DNA of 64,000 bases from Acidithiobacillus sp. Its GTDB lineage: Bacteria; Pseudomonadota; Gammaproteobacteria; Acidithiobacillales; Acidithiobacillaceae. The translations under genes and the position numbers were made by a program. How positions within the stretch are numbered: the first letter of the stretch is position 1; the number at the start of each line of letters is the position of its first letter. The stretch lies in the NCBI RefSeq assembly GCF_027322205.1, contig NZ_DAHVHY010000001.1:11060-75059 (forward strand), given 5' to 3'. The notes beneath the pieces are model-generated. The model had not been told where the DNA came from. It searched no databases and worked only from the letters and a program-made list of their open reading frames with translations. Below, one piece after another: positions 9,372 through 20,780 of the stretch.

Positions 9372-10720
9372 TCCGCTATTCACTGAACGAAATCGCTGAA
9401 ATCACCGGGGGCAAGCTGTTGCCCGGCAGCGCCGGCCGCAAAGAAATTCAGGGCATCGCTACGGACAGCCGTCAGCCGATGACGGGACCACTTTTTGTGG
9501 CATTGCGCGGCGCCCGCTTCAATGGCGAGGACTTCGTGCCTGATGCTCTTGCTCAGGGCGCCGGAGCCGTGCTGACCGGCACCCCTGTCACCGCACCTGG
9601 CGTCCTGGTAGGGGATACCCTGATAGCGCTGCAGACACTGACCGCCCACTGGCGGCAGCGTTTCAGCCTGCCGCTGCTGGCAGTGACCGGCTCCTGCGGC
9701 AAAACGACGGTCAAAGAGGTACTCACCGCTATCCTTAACGAGTCCGGCCCGGTACTGGCTACCAGCGGCAATCAGAACAACCACATCGGCGTACCCCTGA
9801 CGCTGGCACGGCTTGGCGCCGAGCATCGTTATGCGGTGCTGGAAATGGGCATGAATCACCCCGGCGAACTCACTCTCCTCAGCGGGCTGGCGAGGCCCAC
9901 CCTGGCCCTGATCAACAATGCAACCCCCGCGCATCTGGAAGGCCTCGGCAGCGTTGCCGCCATTGCCGCAGCCAAAGGCGAAATTCTCTCCGGTCTCGAC
10001 AAGCGCGGTCTCACGATCCTCAATGGCGACGATCCCTTCGCGGATTTCTGGGCGGAACGAGCGCCGGGAGAAGTCTGGCGCTTCAGCTTGGAGCATCGCC
10101 CGACGCGGGTGCGCGGACACTGGCGCGCCCACGAACAGGGTGGCGGACATCTGGAGGTACGCGCTCCACAAGGGGAATTCACTCTGGAGATTCCCTTGCC
10201 CGGTCAACACAATGGCCGCAATGTCCTGGCGGCCACGACCGCAGCGCTGGCGCTCGACATTTCCATTCCGCAAATTCAACGGGCAGTGGCCGGACTGAAG
10301 GCCATCCCCGGACGTTTGCAGTGGCGCTCCGGACTGCATGGCAGTCGGATTCTGGATGACACTTACAATGCCAATCCCGCCTCTCTCGAAGCCGGACTTC
10401 GTGTGCTCGCCGCGCAGTCCGGCCAACGTATCCTGGCCCTCGGTGACATGGGTGAACTCGGTCCCGAAGCCGCACTTTACCATCGGCAGGCGGGGACGCT
10501 GGCGCAGCAACTCGGTATTGAGCGCCTGTACGCACTCGGTCCGCTGGCAGCAGAGGCAGCCGATGCCTTCGGCGTCAACGGCGAAGCCTTCTCCGAATTG
10601 CCCTCTTTACTGGCCGCCCTGCAAAGTCGCCTGGACGGAGACACCGTGGTACTGATCAAAGGCTCCCGCGCCACCCACATGGAGCGCGTCGTACCGGCCT
10701 TAACCGGGGGGAATGCCTGA
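9368..10720 (+). CDS. murF: UDP-MurNAc-pentapeptide synthetase
   Basis: [40 protein letters not shown]; ATGA overlap with murE. Confidence 0.96.
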   Translation: MIRYSLNEIAEITGGKLLPGSAGRKEIQGIATDSRQPMTGPLFVALRGARFNGEDFVPDALAQGAGAVLTGTPVTAPGVLVGDTLIALQTLTAHWRQRFSLPLLAVTGSCGKTTVKEVLTAILNESGPVLATSGNQNNHIGVPLTLARLGAEHRYAVLEMGMNHPGELTLLSGLARPTLALINNATPAHLEGLGSVAAIAAAKGEILSGLDKRGLTILNGDDPFADFWAERAPGEVWRFSLEHRPTRVRGHWRAHEQGGGHLEVRAPQGEFTLEIPLPGQHNGRNVLAATTAALALDISIPQIQRAVAGLKAIPGRLQWRSGLHGSRILDDTYNANPASLEAGLRVLAAQSGQRILALGDMGELGPEAALYHRQAGTLAQQLGIERLYALGPLAAEAADAFGVNGEAFSELPSLLAALQSRLDGDTVVLIKGSRATHMERVVPALTGGNA

Positions 10721-11802
10721 TGCTCTACGCCCTCTTTATGCAACTCGGCAGCCTTTATCACGGCTTTTACGTTTTTCAGTATCTGACCCTGCGCGGCGTA
10801 TTGGCCATCCTTACCGCGCTGATCCTCTCACTGTTCATCGGTCCATTCTTTATCGCCCGTCTGCGCCAATACAAAATCGGCCAGATCATCCGCAACGACG
10901 GTCCCGAAACCCACCTGAGTAAGCAGGGCACACCCACCATGGGCGGCGCCCTGATCCTGCTGGTGGTTATCCTGACGACGCTGCTCTGGTCGGATTTGCG
11001 TAATCCGCTGGTCTGGGTGGCGGTGCTCACTACCCTGGCCTTTGGCGCCATCGGCTTCATCGACGATTGGCGCAAGCTGCGGCGCAAAAACACCAAAGGA
11101 CTCTCAGCGCGGGCCAAATATGGTTTACAGTCGCTGGTGGCCTTCGCCGCGGCGGGGGTGCTCTATGCCCTGGCCAGCAAGCCGGTAGAGACCAGCTTGA
11201 TCCTGCCTTTTATACCTCATGTACTGATCCCGCTGGGCATCGGTTTCATCCTGTTCAGTTATTTCGTGATTGTCGGCACCTCCAATGCCGTCAACCTGAC
11301 CGACGGACTGGATGGCCTGGCCATTGTACCGACAATCATGGTCGCGGCGGCTTTAGGAATATTTGCTTACGTGTCCGGCAACGCGGTCTTTGCTCGCTAC
11401 CTGGATGTGCCCTGGGTACCGGGCTCCGGCCAGATGCTGATTTTCTGCGGGGCGCTGGTGGGTGCGGGGCTCGGTTTTCTCTGGTTCAACACCTATCCGG
11501 CCGAGGTTTTTATGGGCGATACCGGTGCCCTCGCGCTGGGCGCGGCGCTGGCCATCGTCGCCATCGTCGCCCGTCAGGAACTCGTGCTGGTCATTATGGG
11601 CGGCGTCTTTGTGGTGGAAACCTTATCCGTCATCATCCAGGTGATCTCCTTCCGGCTCACCGGTAAACGGGTCTTCCGCATGGCACCGCTGCACCACCAT
11701 TTTGAGAAAAAAGGCTGGCCTGAACCCCGGGTGGCGGTCCGTTTCTGGATCATCACCGTGATTCTGGTCCTCGTCGGTCTTTCCAGTCTGAAGATACGCT
11801 GA
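10720..11802 (+). CDS. mraY: Phospho-MurNAc-pentapeptide transferase
   Basis: [36 protein letters not shown]. Confidence 0.97.
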   Translation: MLYALFMQLGSLYHGFYVFQYLTLRGVLAILTALILSLFIGPFFIARLRQYKIGQIIRNDGPETHLSKQGTPTMGGALILLVVILTTLLWSDLRNPLVWVAVLTTLAFGAIGFIDDWRKLRRKNTKGLSARAKYGLQSLVAFAAAGVLYALASKPVETSLILPFIPHVLIPLGIGFILFSYFVIVGTSNAVNLTDGLDGLAIVPTIMVAAALGIFAYVSGNAVFARYLDVPWVPGSGQMLIFCGALVGAGLGFLWFNTYPAEVFMGDTGALALGAALAIVAIVARQELVLVIMGGVFVVETLSVIIQVISFRLTGKRVFRMAPLHHHFEKKGWPEPRVAVRFWIITVILVLVGLSSLKIR

Positions 11803-11803
11803 C

Positions 11804-13150
11804 ATGGACCTCAACGGCAAAAAGGTATGCATCGCCGGCATGGGCAAGACGGGACATTCCCTCTTGCGCACCGCCCTGCGCCTGGGTGCCCATTGCCGGG
11901 TCGAGGACACGCGTCTGCTAGCAGACGCCGCCGATTTGCGGCAACATTACCCAGACGTCGATTTCCATTTTGGCGACCTTCCCGAAGACGTGTTCCTGGG
12001 TGCGGATCTCATCCTGCTCAGCCCAGGGCTGACGCCGACATTGCCAGCCCTGCTCCGCGCCAGACAAGCAGGCATAGAGATCATGGGTGATATCGAACTT
12101 TTTGGCCGGATCGCCCGGACGTCCATCGTCGCCATCACCGGCAGCAATGGCAAAAGCACGGTCACCACCTTGCTTGGCGAGATGGCACAGGCCGCCGGAC
12201 TGCGCGCCGCCGTCGGCGGCAACCTCGGCACCCCCGCCCTCGACCTTTTGCCGGAAACGGGTCCCGAGCCGGAGCTCTATGTCCTCGAGCTGTCCAGCTT
12301 TCAGCTCGCGTCCTGTCAGCACTTTCATCCGCGCGCCGCTGCCATCCTCAACCTGAGCCCCGACCATCTGGACTGGCACGGCGACTATACGGCCTATGGA
12401 TCTGCCAAGGCGCGCATTTTCCAAGCGATGGGGGCCGGAGATACCCTGGTGCTGAATGCCGAAGACACCTTTACCGCCGCCCTGCCCGCCCAGGTTCCGG
12501 CAGGGGTGCAATTGCAGTTCTTCGGACGGGCTGGCGATCGCGACGCCTATACCGCCGATGATCAGCTCTGCCTGCGCGCCGACGGTCCGTTGCTGGCCTT
12601 GGATCAACTCCTGCTACGCGGTGGGCATAACACTGAAAATGCGTTGGCGGCGGCATTGCTCGCTCGTGCCGTGGATATCCCACTTACCGCCATCCGGCAG
12701 GCCTTGCGCAATTTCTCCGGTTTGCCCCACCGCCTCGCCTGGACCGCTGAGGTGAACGGGGTGAACTACTACGACGACTCCAAGGGCACCAATCTGGGCG
12801 CCACCCTCAAAGCCATGTCCGGCTTGCCGGGACCCCTGGTGATGATTCTGGGCGGCGATGCCAAAGGGGCTGACCTGAGCCCGCTGCGGGAAGCCTGTCG
12901 CGGTCAACGGGGGGCCGTCGTCATTGGTAAGGATGGCCCGCAAATAGCCGCATTGCTGGCTGGCGTGTTACCGGTGCAAGCCGTCAACAGCATGCCGACA
13001 GCGGTGCAGGCAGCAGCGGAGATGGCGCAGAGTGGCGATCAGGTGCTGCTCTCACCTGCCTGCGCCAGCACGGACATGTTCACCGATTATCAGGATCGTG
13101 GTCGTCAGTTTGTCGCGGCCGTACAGACATTGGCGGGGAGAGTGGCATGA
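11804..13150 (+). CDS. murD: UDP-MurNAc-L-Ala:D-Glu ligase
   Basis: TGSNGKSTVT, LELSSFQL, DDSKGTN, LSPACAS. Confidence 0.96.
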   Translation: MDLNGKKVCIAGMGKTGHSLLRTALRLGAHCRVEDTRLLADAADLRQHYPDVDFHFGDLPEDVFLGADLILLSPGLTPTLPALLRARQAGIEIMGDIELFGRIARTSIVAITGSNGKSTVTTLLGEMAQAAGLRAAVGGNLGTPALDLLPETGPEPELYVLELSSFQLASCQHFHPRAAAILNLSPDHLDWHGDYTAYGSAKARIFQAMGAGDTLVLNAEDTFTAALPAQVPAGVQLQFFGRAGDRDAYTADDQLCLRADGPLLALDQLLLRGGHNTENALAAALLARAVDIPLTAIRQALRNFSGLPHRLAWTAEVNGVNYYDDSKGTNLGATLKAMSGLPGPLVMILGGDAKGADLSPLREACRGQRGAVVIGKDGPQIAALLAGVLPVQAVNSMPTAVQAAAEMAQSGDQVLLSPACASTDMFTDYQDRGRQFVAAVQTLAGRVA

Positions 13151-14319
13151 CCAAACCAAGCTGGTGGTTAGCGGAAGAGGGACCTGCCGACACGGTTCTC
13201 TGGTGGATCATTCTGGCCCTGCTCGGCTTCGGCTTCGTCATGGTCTACTCCGCCAGCGCTCCCATCGCCCAGCATGAAACCGGCAACCCCTTCTTCTTTG
13301 CCGAGCGGCAGGGCCTCTACGCCCTTCTTGCCACTGCAATACTCTATTACACCAGCCGCATTGATCTGGATTTCTGGGAGCGCATCACTTTCCCGCTGAT
13401 GGGCCTTTCCATCATCGCTCTACTACTTGTTTTTATACCATTTATCGGCGTATCGGTGAACGGCTCCCATCGCTGGATCAACTTTCTCATTGTCCGCCTG
13501 CAGCCTTCTGAGTTGCTGAAATTTGCCTTGCTGCTTTTCCTCGCCCGCTATGTGGTACGTAAGGGGGAGTTGCTGGGCCGCTTCAAAGAGGGGCTCTGGC
13601 CGATTTTTGTGGTACTCGGTCTGCTGGGTGTGCTCCTGCTCCTGCAACCGGATTTCGGCTCTTACGCGATGGTGGTGCTCCTCACCGGAGTGATGCTCTT
13701 TCTGGGCGGCCTGCCTTTGGGTTATGTCATCCTGGCTGGCGCCATATCGGGCAGCGCGCTCGGAATTCTGGCCATATCAGCGCCTTATCGCCTGGCCCGC
13801 ATCACGACCTTCCAAAACCCCTGGGCAGATCCTTACGGGGCCGGATTCCAGTTGGTGCAATCTCTCATTGCCTTTGGGCGTGGCGGCCTCTTCGGAGTCG
13901 GTCTGGGCGACGGGGTGATGAAATATTTCTACCTGCCCGAGTCCTATACCGACTTCATTCTGGCGGTGATCGGCGAAGAGCTCGGCATGATCGGGGTGTG
14001 GTCCCTGGCAATGCTTTATGGCATCGCCTGCTGGCGGATCTACCGTGTCGGCCGCCGTGCTGCTGCGGCCGGTGATGCCTTCTTCGCTCTTTTCTGCTAC
14101 GGCACCCTGACCTGGTTTGGGGGTGAGGCCGTTATGTCCATGGGCGTGAATCTCGGCGCTCTACCGACCAAAGGTTTCGCCCTACCGCTGATCAGTTATG
14201 GCGGCAGCGCCCTGGTCTTCCTCTGCGCAGCCCTGGGTGTCGTCCTCGGCGTCAGCCGCCGTTATCCGGCGGTGCCCAACAGCAAAGTCGTCGTCCAGGA
14301 GGAACTCCAGAATGGCTGA
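13147..14319 (+). CDS. ftsW: SEDS peptidoglycan polymerase FtsW
   Basis: QPSELLK, QPDFG, LPESYTDFI, LPLISYGGS. Confidence 0.95.
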   Translation: MTKPSWWLAEEGPADTVLWWIILALLGFGFVMVYSASAPIAQHETGNPFFFAERQGLYALLATAILYYTSRIDLDFWERITFPLMGLSIIALLLVFIPFIGVSVNGSHRWINFLIVRLQPSELLKFALLLFLARYVVRKGELLGRFKEGLWPIFVVLGLLGVLLLLQPDFGSYAMVVLLTGVMLFLGGLPLGYVILAGAISGSALGILAISAPYRLARITTFQNPWADPYGAGFQLVQSLIAFGRGGLFGVGLGDGVMKYFYLPESYTDFILAVIGEELGMIGVWSLAMLYGIACWRIYRVGRRAAAAGDAFFALFCYGTLTWFGGEAVMSMGVNLGALPTKGFALPLISYGGSALVFLCAALGVVLGVSRRYPAVPNSKVVVQEELQNG

Positions 14320-15394
14320 CAGCGTCCTGATCGCAGCAGGCGGCACTGGCGGCCATATCTTCCCGGCCTTGGCGGTCGCCGACGCACTGCGCGCCCAGGG
14401 TGTGGAAGTCGCTTTTGCGGGAACAGCCGCCGGGATGGAAGCACGCCTGGTGCCGGAACGCGGCTATCCGCTGCATACTCTGGACATGCAGGGCTTGCGC
14501 GGCAAAGGCCTCGGGCGCTGGTTGCGTGCGCCCTGGCGGGTGGGTAAGGCGATCTTACAGGCACGGGCAATTCTGCGGAAAACCCAGAGCCGCGTGGTGC
14601 TCGGCATGGGGGGGTATGTCGCCGCCCCCGTCGGCATTGCCGCCTGGACCCTGGGACGCCCGCTCTGCCTGCATGAACAAAATGCCATCGCCGGGCTCAG
14701 CAATCGTTTGCTGGCGCCACTGGCCAAGCGTATTTTTCTCGGCTTTCCCGGCGCGCGTCTGGCCCGCGGTGAGTGGGTGGGCAACCCAGTCCGCGAGACC
14801 ATTCGCGCCTTGCCCGCACCGCAAGAGCGTTTCAGTCGGCGTAACGGACCAGCTCACCTGCTCATCATGGGTGGCAGTCAGGGCGCCAAGGTGCTCAACG
14901 AAGTCAGTGTCGCCGCGCTGAGCAGCATGACCGCCGCCGAGCGCCCCGCCATCTGGCATCAGACCGGCAAGGATCACGTAGAAACCACCCAGGCGGCTTA
15001 CGCACAGGCGGGCATTGACGCCCGGGTAGAGCCCTTTATAGAGGATATGGCGGCAGCACTGAGTTGGGCCGACCTCGCTCTCTGCCGCGCGGGCGCCGCC
15101 ACCATCGCCGAACTCGCCACCGCTGGTCTCGGCGCCGTCCTGATCCCCTTCCCCTTCGCAGTAGACGATCATCAGGCCACCAACGCCCGTTTTCTGGAGG
15201 AGGCCGGTGCGGCCAGGATACTGCGTCAGGAGGGGTTGGACGCCATACAGTTGCGCGATGTGCTGAATCCCTTACTGACTGACGCCGCACTCCGCCTACG
15301 CTGGGCAGAAGCCGCGCGCGCTCAGGCCAGGGGCGATGCCGCCGCCACCATTGCGACAGCTTGCATAGAATATGCAGGAGGCAGAAATGCGTAA
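14312..15394 (+). CDS. murG: Lipid II GlcNAc transferase
   Basis: GGTGGHIFP, HEQN, GGSQGA, RAGA, DDHQ. Confidence 0.96.
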   Translation: MADSVLIAAGGTGGHIFPALAVADALRAQGVEVAFAGTAAGMEARLVPERGYPLHTLDMQGLRGKGLGRWLRAPWRVGKAILQARAILRKTQSRVVLGMGGYVAAPVGIAAWTLGRPLCLHEQNAIAGLSNRLLAPLAKRIFLGFPGARLARGEWVGNPVRETIRALPAPQERFSRRNGPAHLLIMGGSQGAKVLNEVSVAALSSMTAAERPAIWHQTGKDHVETTQAAYAQAGIDARVEPFIEDMAAALSWADLALCRAGAATIAELATAGLGAVLIPFPFAVDDHQATNARFLEEAGAARILRQEGLDAIQLRDVLNPLLTDAALRLRWAEAARAQARGDAAATIATACIEYAGGRNA

Positions 15395-16781
15395 CTGGGT
15401 CCGCCAAGTCCACATGGTCGGCATCGGCGGCAGCGGCATGCGCGGCATCGCCGAAGTGCTGCTAAATCTCGGCTATGCCGTCTCCGGCTCCGATTTGCGT
15501 CCCGGCAGCTCCACCCTGCGCCTGACAGACTTAGGTGCGCGGATTTTCGGCGGTCACGAGGCCGTCAATGTGCGCGGCGCCGATGTGGTCGTGCTCTCTT
15601 CGGCCATTCCCGAAAGCAATCCAGAGGTTCAGGCCGCTCGCGAACTGCGCATCCCCGTCATCCGCCGCGCCGAGATGCTGGCGGAGCTGATGCGCTTCAA
15701 GCAGGGCATCGCCATCGCTGGCACCCACGGCAAGACCACCACCACCAGCCTGGTGGCCAGTATCCTCGGCGCTGGCGGACTGGACCCCACCTTCGTCATC
15801 GGCGGCCGCTTGAAGAGCGCCGGCACCCATGCCGCCCTCGGCAGTGGCGAATATCTGGTGGCAGAAGCGGACGAATCCGACGCCTCTTTCCTCTATCTCT
15901 CGCCCGTCATGGCCGTCGTCACCAACATCGACGCCGATCACATGGAAACCTACGGCGACAGCCTCGATAATTTGCGCGGCGCCTTCCTGCAATTTCTCCA
16001 GCGCCTGCCCTTCTACGGCCTCGCCGTCCTCTGCACCGATGAACCCATGGTCACCGGCCTCATCCCCGAATTGCGCACCCCCGTACTACGCTACGGTTTC
16101 GGTGACGATGTGGATTTGCAGGCGCGTGATGTCGCCGTGCAAGGCATTGGCAGTCGCTTCGCCGTATGGCGGCGGGTGGACAGCGACTATGTCCACTGGC
16201 TGGACGTAGAACTGGGCATCCCCGGCCGCCACAATGTCCTCAATGCCCTCGCCGCCATCGGCATTGCCAGCAAGGTAGGCGTACAGGAATCCATCATCAC
16301 CAGCGCATTGGCGGATTTCCGCGGCGTCGGCCGCCGTTTTGAGCTGGTCGGCACATTTGGCGGAATTACCGTGGTAGATGATTACGGCCATCACCCCCGG
16401 GAAATCGCCGCGACTATCGCTGCAGCCCGCTCCGTATGGCCGGAGCGACCACTGGTGGTGGCCTTTCAACCCCACCGCTACAGCCGCACCCAAGCGCTCT
16501 TCGGTGATTTCGTCAGCAGCCTGGCGGCGGCGGACCGGGTGATTCTGACGGACATTTACACTGCCGGCGAAAAGGCACTGCCCGGCGTTAACAGCCGCGC
16601 CCTCGCCGAGGCCATGGCCGCGCAAGGGGTGTCTGTCCGCTTCCTGCCTGATTTACTCACGGCGCCGCAACAAATCCGCGCCGAACTCCCCGCCAGGGCC
16701 GTACTGCTGACCCTCGGCGCGGGCAGCATCGCCAGCCTGGCGGCACAATGGTCCCAGGTCTTCGGGGAGGATCCCGCATGA
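15387..16781 (+). CDS. murC: UDP-MurNAc-L-alanine ligase
   Basis: GIGGSGM, GTHGKTTTT, EADESD, DDYGHHP, FQPHRYSRT. Confidence 0.97.
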   Translation: MRNWVRQVHMVGIGGSGMRGIAEVLLNLGYAVSGSDLRPGSSTLRLTDLGARIFGGHEAVNVRGADVVVLSSAIPESNPEVQAARELRIPVIRRAEMLAELMRFKQGIAIAGTHGKTTTTSLVASILGAGGLDPTFVIGGRLKSAGTHAALGSGEYLVAEADESDASFLYLSPVMAVVTNIDADHMETYGDSLDNLRGAFLQFLQRLPFYGLAVLCTDEPMVTGLIPELRTPVLRYGFGDDVDLQARDVAVQGIGSRFAVWRRVDSDYVHWLDVELGIPGRHNVLNALAAIGIASKVGVQESIITSALADFRGVGRRFELVGTFGGITVVDDYGHHPREIAATIAAARSVWPERPLVVAFQPHRYSRTQALFGDFVSSLAAADRVILTDIYTAGEKALPGVNSRALAEAMAAQGVSVRFLPDLLTAPQQIRAELPARAVLLTLGAGSIASLAAQWSQVFGEDPA

Positions 16782-17665
16782 TACACGCCATTGGGGGTCG
16801 TCTGCGCCTGGGAGAACCCATGCACCGCCACACCAGCTGGCGGGTCGGCGGCCCGGCCGATCGCTTCTATCTGCCCGGCACGCTGGAAGATCTGCAGGCT
16901 TTCCTGCAGCGTTTCGCCGTCGCCCCTCTCACCTGGCTTGGGCTGGGCAGCAATGTGCTGGTGCGGGACGGTGGTCTGCGTGGCACCGTCATTTGCTTGG
17001 CTAATACCATCGACAAGATTACCCTCGACGCGTCCGGTCTGATCCGTGCGGGGGCGGGGGCGGGGGCGGTCAAGATTGCCCACTTCGCCGCCAAGGCCGG
17101 GCTCGCCGGCGCCGAATTTCTCGCCGGCATCCCCGGTACCCTGGGCGGCTGTCTCAGTATGAATGCCGGCGCCCACGGTGGCGACACCTGGACTCTGGTG
17201 GAATGGGTCGAAGTCTTGCATCCCGATGGTCAACTGCAACGTCTGTCTCGCGCCGAGTTTCAGATTGGTTACCGGGAAGTCCAGGGTCAGGGCGATGCCT
17301 GCTTCGTCACCGCAGGATTGCGCCTGACCCCCGCAGACAGCGATGCCGTCAGGCAGCGCCTGCGTACCTGGCAGGTACGCCGCGCCGCCACTCAGCCTTT
17401 GGAATGGCCGAGCTGCGGTTCCGTCTTCCGCAACCCGCCTGGCGATCATGCCGCCCGGCTCATTGAGGCAGCAGAACTCAAGGGCATGCGTTATGGCGAT
17501 GCCGAAGTAAGTACCCAGCACGCCAATTTCATCATCAACCGCGGTGCTGCCCGCGCCGAGGAGATCGAAGCTCTGGTGGCCAACGTACAACAAGCGGTCC
17601 TCAGTCGCTTTGGCATCGACCTCCAGCCGGAGATGCGCGTTATCGGGGAGGTGACCGATGTCTGA
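16778..17665 (+). CDS. murB: UDP-N-acetylenolpyruvoylglucosamine reductase
   Basis: GLGSNVL, GIPGTLGG..MNAGA, GSVFRNP, HANFIIN. Confidence 0.96.
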   Translation: MIHAIGGRLRLGEPMHRHTSWRVGGPADRFYLPGTLEDLQAFLQRFAVAPLTWLGLGSNVLVRDGGLRGTVICLANTIDKITLDASGLIRAGAGAGAVKIAHFAAKAGLAGAEFLAGIPGTLGGCLSMNAGAHGGDTWTLVEWVEVLHPDGQLQRLSRAEFQIGYREVQGQGDACFVTAGLRLTPADSDAVRQRLRTWQVRRAATQPLEWPSCGSVFRNPPGDHAARLIEAAELKGMRYGDAEVSTQHANFIINRGAARAEEIEALVANVQQAVLSRFGIDLQPEMRVIGEVTDV

Positions 17666-18584
17666 TTTGCCCCGCATAGCCGTACTTTATGGTGGCCCCT
17701 CCGGCGAGCGCGAAGTTTCTCTCGACAGCGGTCGCGCCGTATTGCAGGCGTTGCAAGGATTGGGCCTGGATGCCGTCGGCATCGACATCCAACCGGCCAT
17801 CATCCAGCAGCAAGTGGCAGACAGCAAGGCGCATATCGCCTTCAACGTCTGCCATGGCGCGGTAGGCGAAGACGGCCTGTTGCAGGCCTGTCTGGAGACT
17901 CTGAATATCGTTTACACTGGCAGCGGCGCCCTCGCTTCCGCCCTCGCCATGGATAAATGGCGCTGCAAGCAGCTCTGGCGGGCAGCCGGTTTACCGGTGA
18001 CCGACGGCATTCTGCTGCGCCGCGGCGAGAATGCACCTGATCTCGGCGCCCGCTTCGGCTGGCCCCTGTACATCAAGCCGAACCACGGCGGTTCCAGCCT
18101 TGGCGTCAGCAAAGTTACGGGTCCGGCAGAACTGGATGCGGCCTTGCGGAGCGCCTTTGCGATGGAAGACGAAGTCCTCTGCGAGGGTGCCGTCATCGGC
18201 CACGAGGCCACTGTCGGCATCCTCGACGGCCGCGCCTTGCCGCCCATTGTCATCGAAACACCCCGCACCTTCTACGACTACACCGCGAAGTATCTCGCCG
18301 ACGATACCCGCTACCTCTTGCCCTCAGGCCTCGGTGCCCCACTGGATCAGCAGTTGCAGACACTTGCGCTCAAGGCTTTTGCCGAACTGGGCGGCCGCGA
18401 CTGGGGCCGCGTCGATTTCATGATCAGCAGCGACGGCCAGGCCCATCTGCTGGAAGTGAACAGTGTACCCGGCATGACCAGCCACAGCCTGGTCCCTATG
18501 GCCGCCAAGGCGATCGGCATGGATTTTCCTGAATTATGCAGCGCCATACTGCGCACCGCGCAGAGGAGAGTAAAACATGGTTAG
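17658..18584 (+). CDS. ddl: D-alanine-D-alanine ligase
   Basis: GGPSGEREVSL, GEDG, GSSLG, YDYTAKY, LEVNSVPGMT. Confidence 0.96.
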   Translation: MSDLPRIAVLYGGPSGEREVSLDSGRAVLQALQGLGLDAVGIDIQPAIIQQQVADSKAHIAFNVCHGAVGEDGLLQACLETLNIVYTGSGALASALAMDKWRCKQLWRAAGLPVTDGILLRRGENAPDLGARFGWPLYIKPNHGGSSLGVSKVTGPAELDAALRSAFAMEDEVLCEGAVIGHEATVGILDGRALPPIVIETPRTFYDYTAKYLADDTRYLLPSGLGAPLDQQLQTLALKAFAELGGRDWGRVDFMISSDGQAHLLEVNSVPGMTSHSLVPMAAKAIGMDFPELCSAILRTAQRRVKHG

Positions 18585-19434
18585 CGTCATGCGCGATTAC
18601 CGCCATGGGCAGCACCCACAACGGCCTGCCGCCACCGTCAAGGAACCACCCAAACGCAAAGCCGAAGCGGCAGTCCCACCCAAAGTACGTCAACCTATCC
18701 CATGGTGGCTTTATGGTCGTGTGCTGGTCGGCGGCGTTGGTCTCAGCGCCCTCGCCTGGGGGAGCTGGATGGGCTGGAACTGGGTGCGCGAGCCGCAACT
18801 CATGCCCATCAGCACCCTGACCATTACCGGCACCTCCGCGAAAATTCCGCTGCCCACGGTCAATGCCGCCCTCAAACCTTACGTTACTCAGGGTTTTCTC
18901 TGGGTGAACCCTGATCAGGTACGCCACACCCTCGATGCACTGCCTTGGGTCGCCGATGCCGAAGTCCGCAGAGTCTGGCCCGATCGCTTGCAAGTCGATA
19001 TCAAGCCCTATGTGCCCGTGGCCCGCTGGCTGGGCGGTACCGGACAAATGGTGGATGCCCAGGGTCAGGTGTTCAACGTCCCTCCCAGTCAGGTCTCCGG
19101 TGAGCTGCCGAATCTCGAAGGACCGGCGGATAGCGGTGCCAGGCTGATTGCACAAATGGCCAAATTCAACCAGATCCTCACCCCCCTGGGCATCAAGGTG
19201 CTGGATTTGCAAGAAGATCAACGCGGCGGCTGGCGTTGCATCCTCAGCAATAAGGTGCGCCTGCTGCTGGGCAGCGAAAACATCCTTCCCGCCTTGACAC
19301 GTTGGGTGGCTATTGCCCCCCAGGTCAAAGAATACCTCGTACCAGGGGCCACCATGGACCTGCGCTACACCAACGGCTTTGCGGTCGCCATGCCCACGGT
19401 GGCCACTGTCAGCAGTCCACTAACGGATCAGTGA
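18577..19434 (+). CDS. ftsQ: Cell division protein FtsQ
   Basis: TM plus POTRA (LPWVADAEVRRVWPD), DLRYTNG; dcw position. Confidence 0.92.
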   Translation: MVSVMRDYRHGQHPQRPAATVKEPPKRKAEAAVPPKVRQPIPWWLYGRVLVGGVGLSALAWGSWMGWNWVREPQLMPISTLTITGTSAKIPLPTVNAALKPYVTQGFLWVNPDQVRHTLDALPWVADAEVRRVWPDRLQVDIKPYVPVARWLGGTGQMVDAQGQVFNVPPSQVSGELPNLEGPADSGARLIAQMAKFNQILTPLGIKVLDLQEDQRGGWRCILSNKVRLLLGSENILPALTRWVAIAPQVKEYLVPGATMDLRYTNGFAVAMPTVATVSSPLTDQ

Positions 19435-19453
19435 TCCGAAGGAGAAACAGGAA

Positions 19454-20722
19454 ATGAAACGCAGCAATCCGGAACTCATCGTCGGTTTGGACATCGGCAC
19501 CTCCAAGGTCGCCTGCATTGTCGCCCAGTCCCGGGGCGGCCGTGAGGCGGAAATCATCGGCGTCGGCCAACACCCCTCCCGCGGCCTCAAAAAGGGCGTG
19601 GTGGTCGATATCGAATCCACCGTTCAGGCCATCACCCGCGCCGTGCAGGAAGCGGAGTTGATGGCCGGTGTGCAGATTCACGGCGCCATAGTCGGCATTG
19701 CCGGCGGCCACATCCGCGGCTATAACAGCCACGGCATCGTCGCCATCAAGAACAAGGAAGTCAGCAATGAGGATGTCGGCCGGGTCATGGACGCCGCCCG
19801 TGCCATCGTTATTCCCCAGGATCAGAACGTCATCCATATCCTGCCCCAGGAATTCATGATTGACAGCCAGGAAGGTGTCCGTGAGCCCGTCGGCATGTCC
19901 GGCGTGCGCCTGGAGGCCCGGGTGCACATCGTCACCGGTGCCGTCAGTGCCGCGCAAAACATCACCAAATGCGTCGAACGCTGCGGCTTGCAGGTACAGG
20001 ATCTGGTCCTCGAACAGCTCGCCTCCGCCGACGCCGTCCTCACTGCTGATGAGAAAGAACTCGGTGTCTGTCTGGTGGACATCGGCGGTGGCACTACGGA
20101 CATCGCCATCTTCCGCGATGGCGCCGTTCGCCACACCGCCGTCATCCCCATTGCCGGCGATCAGGTCACCAACGACATCGCCCTCGGCCTGCGCACCCCG
20201 CCCGTCGAAGCGGAAAACATCAAAAAGCTCTACGGCTGCGCCCTCGGTGATCTCATCGAGCAAGATGAAGAAATCCCCGTCCCCAGCGTTGGCACTCGTC
20301 CGCCCCGGACCATATCCCGGCGCATTCTCGGCGACATCATCGAACCTCGCATCAAGGAACTCTTTGAACTGATTCAGGCCGAGCTGCGGCGCACCGGCTA
20401 TGAAGATATGGTCGCGGCCGGAGTGGTCATTACCGGCGGTTCCAGCAAGCTGGAAGGGATGGCCGAACTGGCCGAAGAAATCCTCCACCTGCCGGTGCGC
20501 GTCGGCGAGCCCATGCATTTACCCGGCATGGAAACCGTCGTCCGGACTCCGGGCCATGCCACGGGCGTCGGTCTGGTCATGTACGGACTGCACAATCAAG
20601 TGGCGAGTCAGGCAGAGCCTTTACAGAACCCGGCCATCGCGGCCCGGGAAAATCATATGGATACCAGCTTCGGCGGCGTTTTTCGCAAGATGCGCTCCTG
20701 GGTACAGACGAGCTTCGGCTAA
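19454..20722 (+). CDS. ftsA: Cell division protein FtsA
   Basis: GLDIGTSK, DIGGGTTD, TGGSS actin-like motifs. Confidence 0.97.
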   Translation: MKRSNPELIVGLDIGTSKVACIVAQSRGGREAEIIGVGQHPSRGLKKGVVVDIESTVQAITRAVQEAELMAGVQIHGAIVGIAGGHIRGYNSHGIVAIKNKEVSNEDVGRVMDAARAIVIPQDQNVIHILPQEFMIDSQEGVREPVGMSGVRLEARVHIVTGAVSAAQNITKCVERCGLQVQDLVLEQLASADAVLTADEKELGVCLVDIGGGTTDIAIFRDGAVRHTAVIPIAGDQVTNDIALGLRTPPVEAENIKKLYGCALGDLIEQDEEIPVPSVGTRPPRTISRRILGDIIEPRIKELFELIQAELRRTGYEDMVAAGVVITGGSSKLEGMAELAEEILHLPVRVGEPMHLPGMETVVRTPGHATGVGLVMYGLHNQVASQAEPLQNPAIAARENHMDTSFGGVFRKMRSWVQTSFG

Positions 20723-20780
20723 TGCCTGCTTGCAGGGCTGAAGCACACAAATTTGCAGGACTTCAAGAAGGAGAAAGACT

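Noticed and set aside
17050-17069. (GGGGGC)3GG G-rich run in murB as a G-quadruplex or slippage site
   Set aside because: Encodes an in-frame Ala-Gly stretch of an essential enzyme; only three full G-tracts; no evidence of function
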